This document shows, one piece after another, positions 26,687 to 40,890 of a stretch of DNA of 64,000 nucleotides. The stretch covers positions 96,782,001-96,846,000 of the forward strand of contig NC_043004.1 of NCBI RefSeq assembly GCF_006345805.1. Reading direction: 5' to 3'. The notes under the pieces were generated by a model. It was not told the DNA's origin. It made no database searches and was given only the letters and a program-made list of their open reading frames with translations. The position numbers and the translations under genes were made by a program. The stretch is from Octopus sinensis (taxonomy: Eukaryota). Every line of letters starts with the position of its first letter. Positions within the stretch are counted from its first letter, which is position 1.

Positions 26687-27884
26687 GATAATGATGATGA
26701 CGATGATTAACATAATATTGTCTAAAATGCCATGCAGTGGGATTGATTCAGAAACCCTATGATTACAAACCAGACATCTTAACCAAGCAGTCATTGTCTA
26801 TTTTTAGCCATATCTATTTCTTCCAGTATTATAAAGCTGTATTGTATTTGCTAAATCTAAAATATTCATTATATTATACTTATATCATTGTGGTCTACTG
26901 TGAATGTTTGTATTGCTTGAAAGTTATTGACAAACTTTGTTGGTGCCAAAGGCTTTTGAGGCAAATGTATCCTTCTTGTGACTAGTAAAGTAGAATTTGT
27001 CAATCAAAAGAGTTGTTGATTGTTTCTATTTTTTAGAATACAGCAGAAAATGATGATTTCTTGAGAATTTTTTGCATTTTTAGTTGAATTTGTTGCCTTT
27101 TTTAGTTGAATTTTTCTTTCTTATTTAATACATTTCTTTTCTATGTTTTAATAGTAAGCTTTAAAATTTGCTATAGAATTATAAATAGAAATGGTTTTAA
27201 GGTAATTTTGCTGTTGGTTCTTCCTAAAACTCTATTGAAAAGAAATTTTGAACAACAGAAGAATGAAATAGGAAAAAGACGTAAAGATGGACATTTTCTT
27301 GAAGAATACTTGACTCCATTGTTTTCAAAAGTTGCTATTTTTTCTTTTATGGTACTCTAAAATAGAATGACAATTTACATTCTTGAGTTTCATTAGATTT
27401 TTTTTAACTAGAAATTTTTGTGAAAAATTAATTTTAAATTCCATCCTCACTCCAAAAAAAATGAATAATAATAAAAATAATGATGATGATGATGATGACA
27501 ATGATGATGATAATAGGAAATCAATTAAACGAAAATTAATAAATCAATAGTTATGGTGATAAGGATGATGATGATGGGCATAGTAGTAAGTATTTTCAAG
27601 TGTAAATTACTAAGAGAGATCATATTCCTAATTCATTATTACAACTTAAAGCATGTGTATATGCGTATGCGTGTGTGTGTGTGTGTGTTTATATATACAT
27701 CACAGTGTGAAACTGAGGGAAAGAGAGAGAGAGAGAGAGAGAAAGAGGAAGAGAGGAGAGAATGAAATATTAGTATGCTGTTTGGAAACACACATGAAAT
27801 GATGAAGATTTGCACTTGAGTAAGGAAGCATATTTATGTGTGCTTGTCTGTGGAGATATACTTTAAGGCATAATATAACGATTT

Positions 27885-27991
27885 TCATACATATACACAT
27901 ACACACACATGTATGTATGTATGTATGTATGTATGTATACATATACATACATATATATATACATACATACATATATATATATATATTATAT

Positions 27992-28072
<81 letters not shown>

Positions 28073-28598
28073 CATGCATATTTCTGCGTTTGCATATATA
28101 TATAAATATATGTGTGAGTGAATGTGTATATATATATATATATACATATGTATACGTACATACACACACATATATGCATGTGTAAATGTATGCATATCTG
28201 TGTGTATGTGTGCCTATACATGGCATATATGCATATACATATATATCACTATAATATACAAAGGTATGCACTGTTCATTGTATAGTAATACTGTGAGTTG
28301 AAACAAAACTATACAAATGTGCAACACCTTAGAAATACATATTATACATGATATAATGTAAGAGCCTTCATGAGCAAGCACACTCAAACACACATATACG
28401 CACATATATATTTTACTATGTATATTTGCATGTGTGTATATTTGTGTTCGTATATGAGTGTGTGTGAAACTATGCAAATACAAATTTCTATGTATAATTA
28501 AACACATTCACATATATATATATGCATTGATATAGGTCTACATAAATACATTGAAATAGATGATGACAAATATGCACATAAACACACATATTTATTTC

Positions 28599-28641
<43 letters not shown>

Positions 28642-28850
28642 ATATATATATACATACATGCATACATATATACATATATACAAATACACAGATATTCTAA
28701 CATACACAGAAACTATAAAACTTGGTTCCAACATATATACATATATACATACATACATGTATACATACATACATACTTACATATATATATACATATATAC
28801 ATATATATATATTATATATATAAATGTAAGTATGTATGCATTATTTATGC

Positions 28851-28881
<31 letters not shown>

Positions 28882-28886
28882 CATAC

Positions 28887-28941
<55 letters not shown>

Positions 28942-28942
28942 G

Positions 28943-28982
<40 letters not shown>

Positions 28983-29358
28983 TGTATATGTATGTATATA
29001 TGCACATATACATATACTTATATCTATACATATACATGTAGACACACACATACATACACACACACAGAGAATCTGTATATGCAAGTAGCTATTATCTTTA
29101 TTAGATCACCTGAGGTAAATTCATCTTCAGAGTTAGTAATTGTCTTTAGCTGGAAGCAAATGAAATAGAGAAATCAGAAACAGCACAGATTTTCTTTTTG
29201 TTTTTTGTCCTGATCTGATCTCTGCCGATGTGTTTTGTTCTACAAAACTAATGATAAGATTTATTATAAGAAATACATTGTTAACAGCTACTTTTGTTGA
29301 AGTTCTTGTTATCATAGCAGTCCTGTGACATGATTGCATGTATGTGGCAATGTATCTA

Positions 29359-29447
<89 letters not shown>

Positions 29448-29469
29448 CTATATATATATGTATATATAT

Positions 29470-29530
<61 letters not shown>

Positions 29531-29654
29531 CTATATATATATATGTGTATTTATACACACATACATATATATGTGTGTATATATATATACATATAAACAT
29601 TTACATATATATAATTATATATGTATATATATGTGTGTGTGTGTATAAATATAA

Positions 29655-29688
<34 letters not shown>

Positions 29689-29735
29689 ATGTATATATGT
29701 ATGTATGTATGTATATGCATATGTATATGTGTGTA
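27885..29735. repeat. Large TA/CA/TCTA microsatellite field
   Basis: Directly visible; source of many spurious YI-rich ORFs. Confidence 0.95.
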
Positions 29736-30684
29736 TGTGGTTTTTTGATATATTCTCCTGTATATCTATCTTGCTTAGACAAATTATCTCTTCATTGATT
29801 GTTTAGCTCTGAAGACATAATCTACATTTGCGAAGATACAGTCAAGAATCTCCTTCACAACAACTCTGAACAAGGGAGTGGTTGAGAAGTATCATGGCAC
29901 TGAAGGTTAGAATGAAGAGTATGGGAGGAGGAAGAAGGTGAGTGGGAGTTTGTGAGGATGAAGGTGAGGGGACTTGGAAGGAGGGAAACATACTCTAAAA
30001 GTTTCCTCTGGAGCTAAAACAAATAAATAAATAAATGAATAAAAATCAAATTAAAATACATTTAAAGTGAATACACACTACAACATACACATATATATAT
30101 ATATATACACAACACCATCATATACTGCCACTGCTACAACAGTGATCACCACCACCACCACCACCATAATTACACCACTACATCCACCTACTTGAAAATT
30201 TTAATGGGGAAAAAAATGAAGAATGTATCAGAAATGGGGAATATTAGAATAGCCTGTTAGTTAATCCATTCTTAGCTTCTTTGCTTCTAATCTACACTAC
30301 TAATCAGTCAAGTTTCTGAGTTCTTTTGTCTTATTTCTACTTCAACTTTAGCCATGTTCATTGTCAGATATTTCCCTATTCCTAGGCATTTATCAGTTTG
30401 TCTGTTAGCCTGTTTGTCTGTATGCATGTATATCTTTATTTTTAATCAGCAGCACATACAAGATGATTCGATGAGAGAGTGTCATTATGCATGACAATTA
30501 CTGCCCTTGAGTCACTTTGAAAAAACTACCAGTTAAGAAAAATATATAGGTGCAGGAATGGCTGTGTGGTAAGTGGTTTGCTTTCCAATCACTTGGTTCC
30601 AGGTTCATTCCTCTTACATGTGAGTGTATTTGATAGACAGAAACTGAAAGAAACCCGTCATATATATATATATATCTATATATA

Positions 30685-30728
<44 letters not shown>

Positions 30729-30742
30729 CATATATAAATACA

Positions 30743-30774
<32 letters not shown>

Positions 30775-31084
30775 CATACATATATAAATACATATATATA
30801 TATACATACATATATAAATACATATATATATATACATATATATATATACACATACATATATATACATACATATAAATATAAATTAAATTAGGGATAAAAC
30901 CACTATTAAGCAAATCAAACAGTGAAAAACATAAACTGAAACATAAAAATAAAAATAATTAATATAATATACAAAATATATTAAAAAAATTAAAATTAAA
31001 ATTTTAATTATTTAGATTTAAAATTAATATATATACATGCATATATATATACACATACATATATATACATACATATATAAATAC

Positions 31085-31115
<31 letters not shown>

Positions 31116-32604
31116 CATATATATATTATATATATATATGTGTGTGTGTATGTATATATGTATGTATGTATATGCATATGTATATGTGTGTATGTGGTTT
31201 TTTGATATATTCTCCTGTATATCTATCTTGCTTAGACAAATTATCTTTCATTGATTGTTTAGCTCTGAAGACATAATCTACATTTGCGAAGATACAGTCA
31301 AGAATCTCCTTCACAACAACTCTGAACAAGGGAGTGGTTGAGAAGTATCATGGCACTGAGGTTAGAATGAAGAGTATGGGAGGAGGAAGAAGGTGAGTGG
31401 GAGTTTGTGAGGATGAAGGTGAGGGGACTTGGAAGGAGGGAAACATACTCTAAAAGTTTCCTCTGGAGCTAAAACAAATAAATAAATAAATGAATAAAAA
31501 TCAAATTAAAATACATTTAAAGTGAATACACACTACAACATACACATATATATATATATATATATACACAACACCATCATATACTGCCACTGCTACAACA
31601 GTGATCACCACCACCACCACCATAATTACACCACTACATCCACCTACTTGAAAATTTTAATGGGGAAAAAAATGAAGAATGTATCAGAAATGGGGAATAT
31701 TAGAATAGCCTGTTAGTTAATCCATTCTTAGCTTCTTTGCTTCTAATCTACACTACTAATCAGTCAAGTTTCTGAGTTCTTTTGTCTTATTTCTACTTCA
31801 ACTTTAGCCATGTTCATTGTCAGATATTTCCCTATTCCTAGGCATTTATCAGTTTGTCTGTTAGCCTGTTTGTCTGTATGCATGTATATCTTTATTTTTA
31901 ATCAGCAGCACATACAAGATGATTCGATGAGAGAGTGTCATTATGCATGACAATTACTGCCCTTGAGTCACTTTGAAAAAACTACCAGTTAAGAAAAATA
32001 TATAGGTGCAGGAATGGCTGTGTGGTAAGTGGTTTGCTTTCCAATCACTTGGTTCCAGGTTCATTCCTCTTACATGTGAGTGTATTTGATAGACAGAAAC
32101 TGAAAGAAACCCGTCATATATATATATATTATATATATATATATATTATATATATATATATACATACATATATAAATACATATATATATATATATGTGTG
32201 TGTGTATGTATATATGTATGTATGTATATGCATATGTATATGTGTGTATGTGGTTTTTTGATATATTCTCCTGTATATCTATCTTGCTTAGACAAATTAT
32301 CTCTTCATTGATTGTTTAGCTCTGAAGACATAATCTACATTTGCGAAGATACAGTCAAGAATCTCCTTCACAACAACTCTGAACAAGGGAGTGGTTGAGA
32401 AGTATCATGGCACTGAGGTTAGAATGAAGAGTATGGGAGGAGGAAGAAGGTGAGTGGGAGTTTGTGAGGATGAAGGTGAGGGGACTTGGAAGGAGGGAAA
32501 CATACTCTAAAAGTTCCTCTGGAGCTAAAACAAATAAATAAATAAATGAATAAAAATCAAATTAAAATACATTTAAAGTGAATACACACTACAACATACA
32601 CATA
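29736..32604. repeat. Near-identical tandem triplication (29736-30660, 31193-32116, partial 32249-32604)
   Basis: Same unique sequence TGTGGTTTTTTGATATATTCTCCTG... three times; the differences I found are small indels. Confidence 0.95.
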
Positions 32605-32617
32605 TATATATATATAT

Positions 32618-32649
<32 letters not shown>

Positions 32650-32696
32650 ATATATATATATATAATATATATATATATAATATATATATATATATA

Positions 32697-32743
<47 letters not shown>

Positions 32744-32791
32744 CATACATATATAAATACATATATATATATACATATATATATTATATAT

Positions 32792-32825
<34 letters not shown>

Positions 32826-32831
32826 AACATA

Positions 32832-33083
32832 TCATCATCATCATCATCATCATCGTTTAGCGTCCGTTTTCCATGCTAGCATGGGTTGGACGGTTCTACT
32901 GGGGTCTGTGAAGCCAGAAGGCTTCATCAGGCCCAGTCAAATCTGGCAGTGTTTCTACGGCTGGATGCCCTTCCTAACGCCAACCACTCCGTGAGTGTAG
33001 TGGGTGCTTTTTACGTGCCACCCGCACTGGTGCCAGACAGAGCTGGCAAACGGCCACGAACGGATGGTGCTTTTTATGTGCCA
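32832..33083 (-). mobile_element. RTE 3' tail copy
   Basis: (CAT)n then CGTTTAGCGTCCG...GCCCTTCCTAACGCCAACCACTCC. Confidence 0.85.
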
Positions 33084-33235
33084 TTATATATATATATATG
33101 ATTTCAGCAAAACAATTTAAATTCAAATGAATATGGTACTTAACTTAGATGCACCAAAATTTTTTTAGGGTATTAACCATAAAATTATGTGGGGTGATTA
33201 TAACCAAAAAATAAGCAGCAAGAATGGATCGGTAG

Positions 33236-33321
33236 TTTAGTACAATTGTTTCATACTATAAATATTTTATTAAAGCTGCAAATATTACAGCAAATATAAT
33301 GTCAAGTACTCTTCAGCTAAA
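33236..33321 (-). ncRNA. Type I hammerhead ribozyme with palindromic stem III, probably in a PLE terminal-repeat remnant (~33100-33460)
   Basis: uuuag CUGAAGA guacu...aguau GAAAC aauu GUA cuaaa; all core nucleotides present, stem I 5 bp. Confidence 0.75.
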
Positions 33322-34189
33322 TTTCATATAGGTTTTCCAAACATCTTAGAGAGTGTAAATATCCTTATAAAGTTATAGAAGTGAGTTCCAGGAACTTGAA
33401 GTAAGATTCCAAGCGGACTATATATGTTTTACTCAATATCTTTCTAGCCATTGCTCATTTTGGTTATATATATATATATTTTGGTTATAATTCAGAGAAG
33501 AATACGGTGAATGTTCAAACACAAAAGAGATAACCGAAGAATAGGATATTTGACTCGCTAGAAAGAGCAGTTAAAACTTCAAGCCACAAATTGTTGTAAT
33601 TCCAAAAGTGATTGAAAAATAAAAACTTTTACCTTAATCCTAGACCCTGCAAGTTTTCTGCAGACTTAAATACAGATTGAAATAAAATAATTTCAGTCTA
33701 TATCTGGTGCTCGTCCTCAGTAGGTTGCCAAGACTGAATCCATAGACATGGAGCTATAAGTAAACAGCCATATGTCTATAGGTTCTAATTTGTCGAATTT
33801 ACCACACAGATGCGGAACTCAACCAGCACTAAGTAAATAAATTGCCGATTTTCTTCCAGAGTTAGCCATTATTTATTTAGTGCTGGTTGAGTTCCATTTT
33901 ATGCTCTTAAAGATCAATTTTTGCCTTTTTTATTATTGTTGTTATTGTTGTAGTCAATGAATAAAGTACCATTTAAGTACCAACATACATATCATGAACT
34001 ATTTCCTTCCTGCAAATCTTTGGCCTTGTGCCTATATTAGAAGAAACCTTTATCATTATGATTACTGGAACGGGTAAAGAACAGAATTAGGAAACAACAA
34101 GGCAAATCGCCTTGTGGTTTTCCACAGGGTCGATGTGAATTTATACAGTTCTATATTCAATAAAATTGGCAATAGTTAGCTATTGTTGT

Positions 34190-34500
34190 TATTGTTGTTG
34201 TTTGTTCCTTCTTAAGCCATGCCTGGCTCATAAGGGCTGGTTTCCTGGTTTCATTGGCATGTAGGTTATCCACCTGGACAGGACACCGGTCCGTCGCAGG
34301 TGAGCTGATAGATACAGGTGGAAAGAGTGACAGAAAGTTGTGGCGAAAGAATCAGCAGAAGTTCACCATTATCTTCTGCTGGAGTCACGTGGAGCTTAGG
34401 TGTTTCACTCATAAACACACACATCGCCTCGTCTGAGATTTGAACCCGCGATCCCTCGACTGCAAGTCTACTACTCTAACCACTAGGCCATGTGCCTCCA
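34190..34500 (-). mobile_element. tRNA-derived SINE family C (V-domain-like CCTGCGACGGACCGG)
   Basis: Minus head GGAGGCACATGGCCTAGTGGTTAGAG...GGTTCAAATC; matches 51570-51858. Confidence 0.85.
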
Positions 34501-34765
34501 CATAGCTATTAGGATTAGTTAAACTGATTATGCTAAAAATCACAATGTTTATGATTTTGTCATAATGTCTGATATCCAGACTACATTGGAAAATGCAAGC
34601 CACTGGATTTGATTAAAAAGATAATGAGCAATGGCTAGAAAGATATTGAGCAAAATTAATCACCAGTTGATCTAGCAAGCAGGGACTAATTTCAGTGAGG
34701 TGGGGTTAGTGTGTAATGACGCTATCAAGAAGGAGGTCCAAAAATGACATGCATTTTCTCTGGTT

Positions 34766-34850
34766 CATTATTTACATTTGACAGATATTTGTCCTCATCT
34801 TGTTTACAAGAAACAAGATGAGGACAAATATCTGTCAAATGTAAATAATG
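34766..34850. repeat. Perfect 40-bp inverted repeat, 5-nt loop
   Basis: CATTATTTACATTTGACAGATATTTGTCCTCATCTTGTTT acaag AAACAAGATGAGG...GTAAATAATG. Confidence 0.95.
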
Positions 34851-35116
34851 TAAATAATGTGCATAATTCCTCATCTCTCAAATATAGAATTCTCTCCTAT
34901 TGATCCCATAAACTTTCTAAAGTATTGGTAAAAATGCTTTGCAAGATTTGCTAGTAGACTTTTATGTTCTGATGTCAGGTTTACCTTTTATCTATTTGGG
35001 GTTGGTAAATTAGAGTATCAGTCATATACTGGGGTTGATGATATCAACTAATCTTCTCCCCTTAAAATTGCCGGCCTTTTGCCTAAATTATAAGCCTTTA
35101 TTAGTAGTACTATAAA

Positions 35117-35712
35117 GGCTGTGAGCTGGCAGAATCGTTAGCATGCCAGGTGAAATGCTTAGCGGTATTTCATCTGCCGCTACGTTCTGAGTTCAAATTC
35201 TGCTGAGGTCAACTTTGCCTTTTATCCTTTTGGTGTCGATTAAATAAGTACCAGTTATGCACTGGGGTCGATGTAATTGACTTAATCCATTTGTCTATCC
35301 TTGTTTGTCCTCTCTGTGCTTAGCCCCTTGTGAGTAGTAAAGAAATAGGTATTTCATCTGCCGTTACATTCTGAGTTCAAATTTCGCCGAGGTCGACTTT
35401 GCCTTTCATCCTTTCGGGGTCGATAAATTAAGTACCAGTTACGCACTGGGGTTAATGTAATCGACTTAATCCCTTTGTCTGTCCTTGTTTGTCCCCTCTA
35501 TGTTTAGCTCCTTGTGGGCAATAAAGAAATAAGAATCATTAGCATGCCAGACAAAATGCTCAGCAACATTTCGTCAGTCTTTACATTCCGAGTTCAAATT
35601 CCACTGAGGTCGACTTTGATTTTCATCCTTTTAGGGTCGATAAATTAAGTACCAGTGAATCTCTGGGGTTAATGTAATTTCAAGGCCTTGTGCCTTCAGT
35701 AGAAAGGATTAT
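35117..35712 (+). mobile_element. SINE family B tandem trimer
   Basis: Three head-to-tail ~190-bp units. Confidence 0.88.
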
Positions 35713-35995
35713 TAGTAGTACTATTAGTAATATTAGCAGAAGTTGTGACAGTATTATAAGCTTCATCACAACTGGAAAGTAATTAAAATTAGACTAATGA
35801 GCTATAAAGATAGCAAGCAATAAAACTAAATAATTGAAAATAAATTTATTTTTTACCTTTTCTCTAACTCAGTTTATCTCAATTCTTTCACACACACTCT
35901 TTCTTTCTCTTCTCTCCCACTTTCTCGTGTGCTCTGTTTCTCACATGCTCTTTCTTTCAACATCCTCTCTCTCCATCTCTCAGTCTCTCTCCATA

Positions 35996-36030
<35 letters not shown>

Positions 36031-37549
36031 ATCTATCTATCTCTCTACTTATGTATCATTAAATTTCGAAGTTTCTTTCTGAACATTATAGATTTTTGAT
36101 AAGATATTTTTCATTTGATTTTATAATGATTTCATTGTCTCAAATTAATATATATATATATCTATACACATACATACCTGCATGCATACATATGTGTTTG
36201 CAGACACACACATACATGAATGTGTGCGTGTATATATTTACGAATGTGTGTGTGTATAAATAGACATATATGCTTATTCACACATGCATATATATTTAAG
36301 CATAAATGTATATACACACACACATGCACACACACCCACACAAATACATATATTAAATATTTTACAATACTCTATTACAGCTTCATTTCTGTCTATTTTA
36401 CCAGTCAGTTGTGTACACAAGAATTTGGGAAAACCAGTCTTGGCACCCACCAAAAGGGCTGGTAGGAAAAGTAAGACATGGACCCTTTGCCACTGAAAGT
36501 CAGAAAGTATCACATCTAATTTATGGATTCAGAACAAAACCTTTTAGGAGAAAATCTTAGAAGGGTTACTTTTGTTCACGAGAATTATGTCACTTGGAAA
36601 GGGACAAAATAGTGACAACACAGTGTAAATTGGGGTTCAGGATTAGGTGATGATGGGACGGGATTAAAGAGTGCAAGGGGTAGTGGGAAATGGGGGTAAA
36701 GAGGATTATTCATAAAATCATCTGTGGACACATACATGTATGTATATGTGTTTGTATGCAATAAGTTGGCATGGCAAAACTTATGCCAATGTGATGAATG
36801 AAAATTTTAAAGGTGGGAGGGACCCTAACTTTTGTATTCACACTATGGTTGGCCACTTTCCAGTGACAAATCTGTGGCAGGTGTGGGAATTTTCACTTTC
36901 TAGTTTACATGGGTGACCAGGTGAAGAGAGTACTTTAATATGAATTTTTTCTCTGCTAAGCAGTGTATGCATTTCTTGTTACCATTAAAAGAAAAATAAG
37001 GCTTTCCTTTCTGTATTTCCCATCATCACAATCAGAGAACTTGGCATAAGGTTTGCCCCATCTAACTCATATGCATACAAACACTCACATACACATACAC
37101 ATCCATTTGATTTTAAGATGAACACTCCCTAATTACACCTTCCCCAGCACACACATCAATCTCATCCCAAACTTCACTCTACAGGTATTTACCTCATATA
37201 CAGAAATGGCTCTGATTGATCTCTGTCCAAGAGAAATGTGTCTTCTTTGAGTTTTCTTCCACAGTTTTCATTCCAATTTTCTACAACATCAGTAAACCAA
37301 ATCTGACATTCTCTGACCTATAGTAGCAAAGAGACTATGACACACCTTATCCTTCATGCTCAGATGATGAGAGCTGAGATTAGTTTACCAACACTATTCT
37401 GTACGAAGCTTATTTGCACAACAGGCTAAAATGAGTCTATGATACTGTATTGCATATATCAATATTCCCACTCTGTTAGAAAACAAATGAATGAATGTTT
37501 CTCTGGCTTATGCATTCATAGATAACTATATATATATATATGTATATTG

Positions 37550-37846
37550 ACCATCCATACGTGGTCTATGCCAATGCCCCCTTGACTGGCTTCCATGCCA
37601 GTGGCACATAAAAAGCACCAACCGATCGTGGCCGTTGCCAGCCTCCCCTCGCACCTGTGCCGGTGGCACGTAAAAAGCACCTAGTACACTCACAGAGTGG
37701 TTGGTGTCAGGAAGAGCATCCAGCTGTAGAAACACTGCCAGATCAGACTGGAGCCTGGTGCAGCCTCCTGGCTTCCCAGACCCCTGTTGATCCGTCCAAC
37801 CCATGCTAGCCTGGAAAATGGACGTTAAATGATGACGATGATGATG

Positions 37847-37848
<2 letters not shown>
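37550..37848 (+). mobile_element. RTE 3' tail copy
   Basis: Two GGCAC.TAAAAAGCACC units plus tail. Confidence 0.85.
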
Positions 37849-37878
<30 letters not shown>

Positions 37879-38462
37879 GTTTACCCATCCATATACATGG
37901 ATATACAAATAGTGTCATACTAAGTGTATACACACTGGAAAGTTAAACTAATGTCATTATTTTCAGAGTGAAAAATCTCTTTGGAGACAAGTACTAAAAA
38001 CAGTATATATCCTGATGTAAAATGAACATCCCCACAGCAGTGACTCATAGTAAATGTTGGACAAGATTCAGCCTTTTTATGACTTGTCAATAACATATAA
38101 CTATTTGTTTTGAGGAGTTCTAACAAAATTTGTCCTTAAATATATGGAAAGTTGAAATATACATTCATGTTACCGAATGCTTCCTGGGCTGTAAAAAAAT
38201 TCAGTGAATGCAATTGAAACAGCACTAAAATTAAAATTGCCTCTGCATATTGTACCAATTGTATACACACTGCATGTGTAGCTTGGCAAGTGTTCCACAA
38301 TAGCAGTGGATATATAATTAACCGTTTCTTACATATCAAAGCTAGAATTTGATCCAAGCATGAGACAAATGGATGTATAGCACACATCAAGAAGGACACA
38401 ACACATCTAATGTTAAGTAACTTACTGCTGCAGAGACATCTGTTATACATACATATATACAT

Positions 38463-38500
<38 letters not shown>

Positions 38501-38809
38501 CTATATACACACACATATATATATACACACGCATATATCTGTGTGTGTGTGTAGTGTTTTTAACACAGTATGCCTCTGAAGAGATTTTCTCTCAGACAAA
38601 AAATACAGCTCCATACCTTTATATGGTTTATGTGTATTTAGTATAATACCCTGATGCCCATTACAATTTAATGCTCTTTCAATTGTGTTCACTAATATAT
38701 AAGTATGTGTTTGTGTGTGTTATGTGTGTATGTGTGTACATGCATTTGTACATATGTATCTATATGTCTGTATCTATATACATGTTTCTAATGGATAAAT
38801 ACCTACATA

Positions 38810-38851
<42 letters not shown>

Positions 38852-39144
38852 CTTAGATATATAATTATACAAAAATACAAATATATGCATAGAAAACTAT
38901 CAGCATTTAAATTAATTAATTAGATTTAGTAATAAAGAAATGAAGATTTAGTAAAATTGTAATTCCTTAGATAATGACAGATATTTTTCATACAGCCACT
39001 AGCATACTCAGTCACAAGCATATTCACATACACACACACATGTACATATATATTAATAACTGTGTGTTTGTGTGTATGTGTATGTATATCCACACACACA
39101 TGCATATGCATATGCATGTATGTGTGTGTGCAATGCATATTTAT

Positions 39145-39181
<37 letters not shown>

Positions 39182-39201
39182 CACAAGAATATAAACATTA
39201 T

Positions 39202-39237
<36 letters not shown>

Positions 39238-40259
39238 TAATGTATATATATATACATTAATGAAAAACAAATTGCACATTAACAAATAAAAGGAATATAA
39301 AACTATGATTATCACTCACTCATCATTCAATCACATTCATAGCAATTGATTTACTATTTCCTGGCTAATGTAATAATTTTGAAAACTTGGAAATTTTATT
39401 ATAAATTCTTACAACCCCTCTTCTCCATCCCCTACAAACCACTCACCCATAATCTTATTCCATTTTATTTAATTTCTTTTCTGGCTTATTTTCAAATTTA
39501 ATTATTATATATATTTTTTTATTTATTTAAATATATATCTTTGACAAAATGCGATATGAGAAGTTATGCGATAGAATTTAATATATGTACCTCCCCGCTT
39601 ATCCTACTTACCATTGCCATCATCAATTAGCAATCAGCAAAAACTGTTGTTGCTACTACTGCTGCTGCTGCTGCTGCTGCTCTTGCTGTAGTGTAGTTGT
39701 AATAAATTGTTTTTCATTTTCTTCTTTTTTTTTTACTTTTCTGGTTTTTTGTCTTTTTTTTACTTTTGTACTTTACGCTTTTTTTTTATATATATTTTAC
39801 TGATTTTGTTTTGGGTGATAAGCTGATGGTAGTTTTTTTTTGGTTTTTTTTTTTTTAGCTAATTGTCACAAAACAATAAAATGTTCTTCTAATTTCCGGG
39901 ACTACAAATTGAGTTTAAAAAGCATTTAGTAAGGTGGGAAAATTTAGAAATGTGAACAATTAAATATATACATCTATATATACATATATGTATATATGTG
40001 TGTATATATGTGCATGTGTGTGAGTGCATATGTATTCAAAAATGAAAATTAAAACTGAGTAAATGATATAATCTCTCTCTTCAAATTTTCTGAAAATGAT
40101 GCTGAAGAAAATGAGAAATGACAATAGCAATCATCATCATCTTTATCGTGATTGTTATCATTGTCCTTATCACCATCTTCATCATTCTAGCTCTACTGAT
40201 TCTGCCATCCAATGTAATAATAATAATAATAATTATTATTATTATTATTATTATCATAA

Positions 40260-40890
40260 ACCTATCTACTGTATGCACAAGGCCTGAAATTTAGAGGAGA
40301 GGTATAATCATTTACATCGACACCAGTACTCAACTGGTACTTAATTTATCGATTCTGAAAGGATGAAAGGCAAAGTCGACCTTGGCGGAGTTTGAACTCA
40401 GAACATAAAGATGGACAAAATACTACTTTTGCCCGGTGTGATAACGATTCTGCCAACTCACCACCTTAATCATAATAATAATAATAATTTAAATCTTTAT
40501 TGCCTACAGGGGGCTAAACATTGAGGGGACAAACAAGGACAGACAAGGCCATTAAGTCGATTACATCGATGCCAGTGATTGATTGGTACTTATTTAATCA
40601 ACCCTGAAAGGATTAAAGGCAAAGTCGACCTAAGTGGAATTTGAACTCAGAACGTAATGGCAAATGATGATGATGATTTCAAATTTTGGCACGAGACCAG
40701 AAGTTTTAGGAGGAGGGGGTGAGTTGATTACATCAGCTTCAGTTTTTGACTGATAAAATATTTTCCTTTGACCTTAGGATAAAATATAACGTCAGCCTCA
40801 AAAGTATTTGAACTCAAAATGCCAAGGTATAAAAGAAATACTGCAAGACAATTTATCTGATACTCTAATGACTCTGTCAATTTGCTACTA
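40260..40890 (-). mobile_element. Cluster of three family B SINE copies
   Basis: GGATGAAAGGCAAAGTCGACC repeated; the third copy is diverged. Confidence 0.75.

Noticed and set aside
27700-32853. Many YI/CV/HT-rich ORFs here and elsewhere
   Set aside because: Translations of TA, CA and TCTA microsatellites
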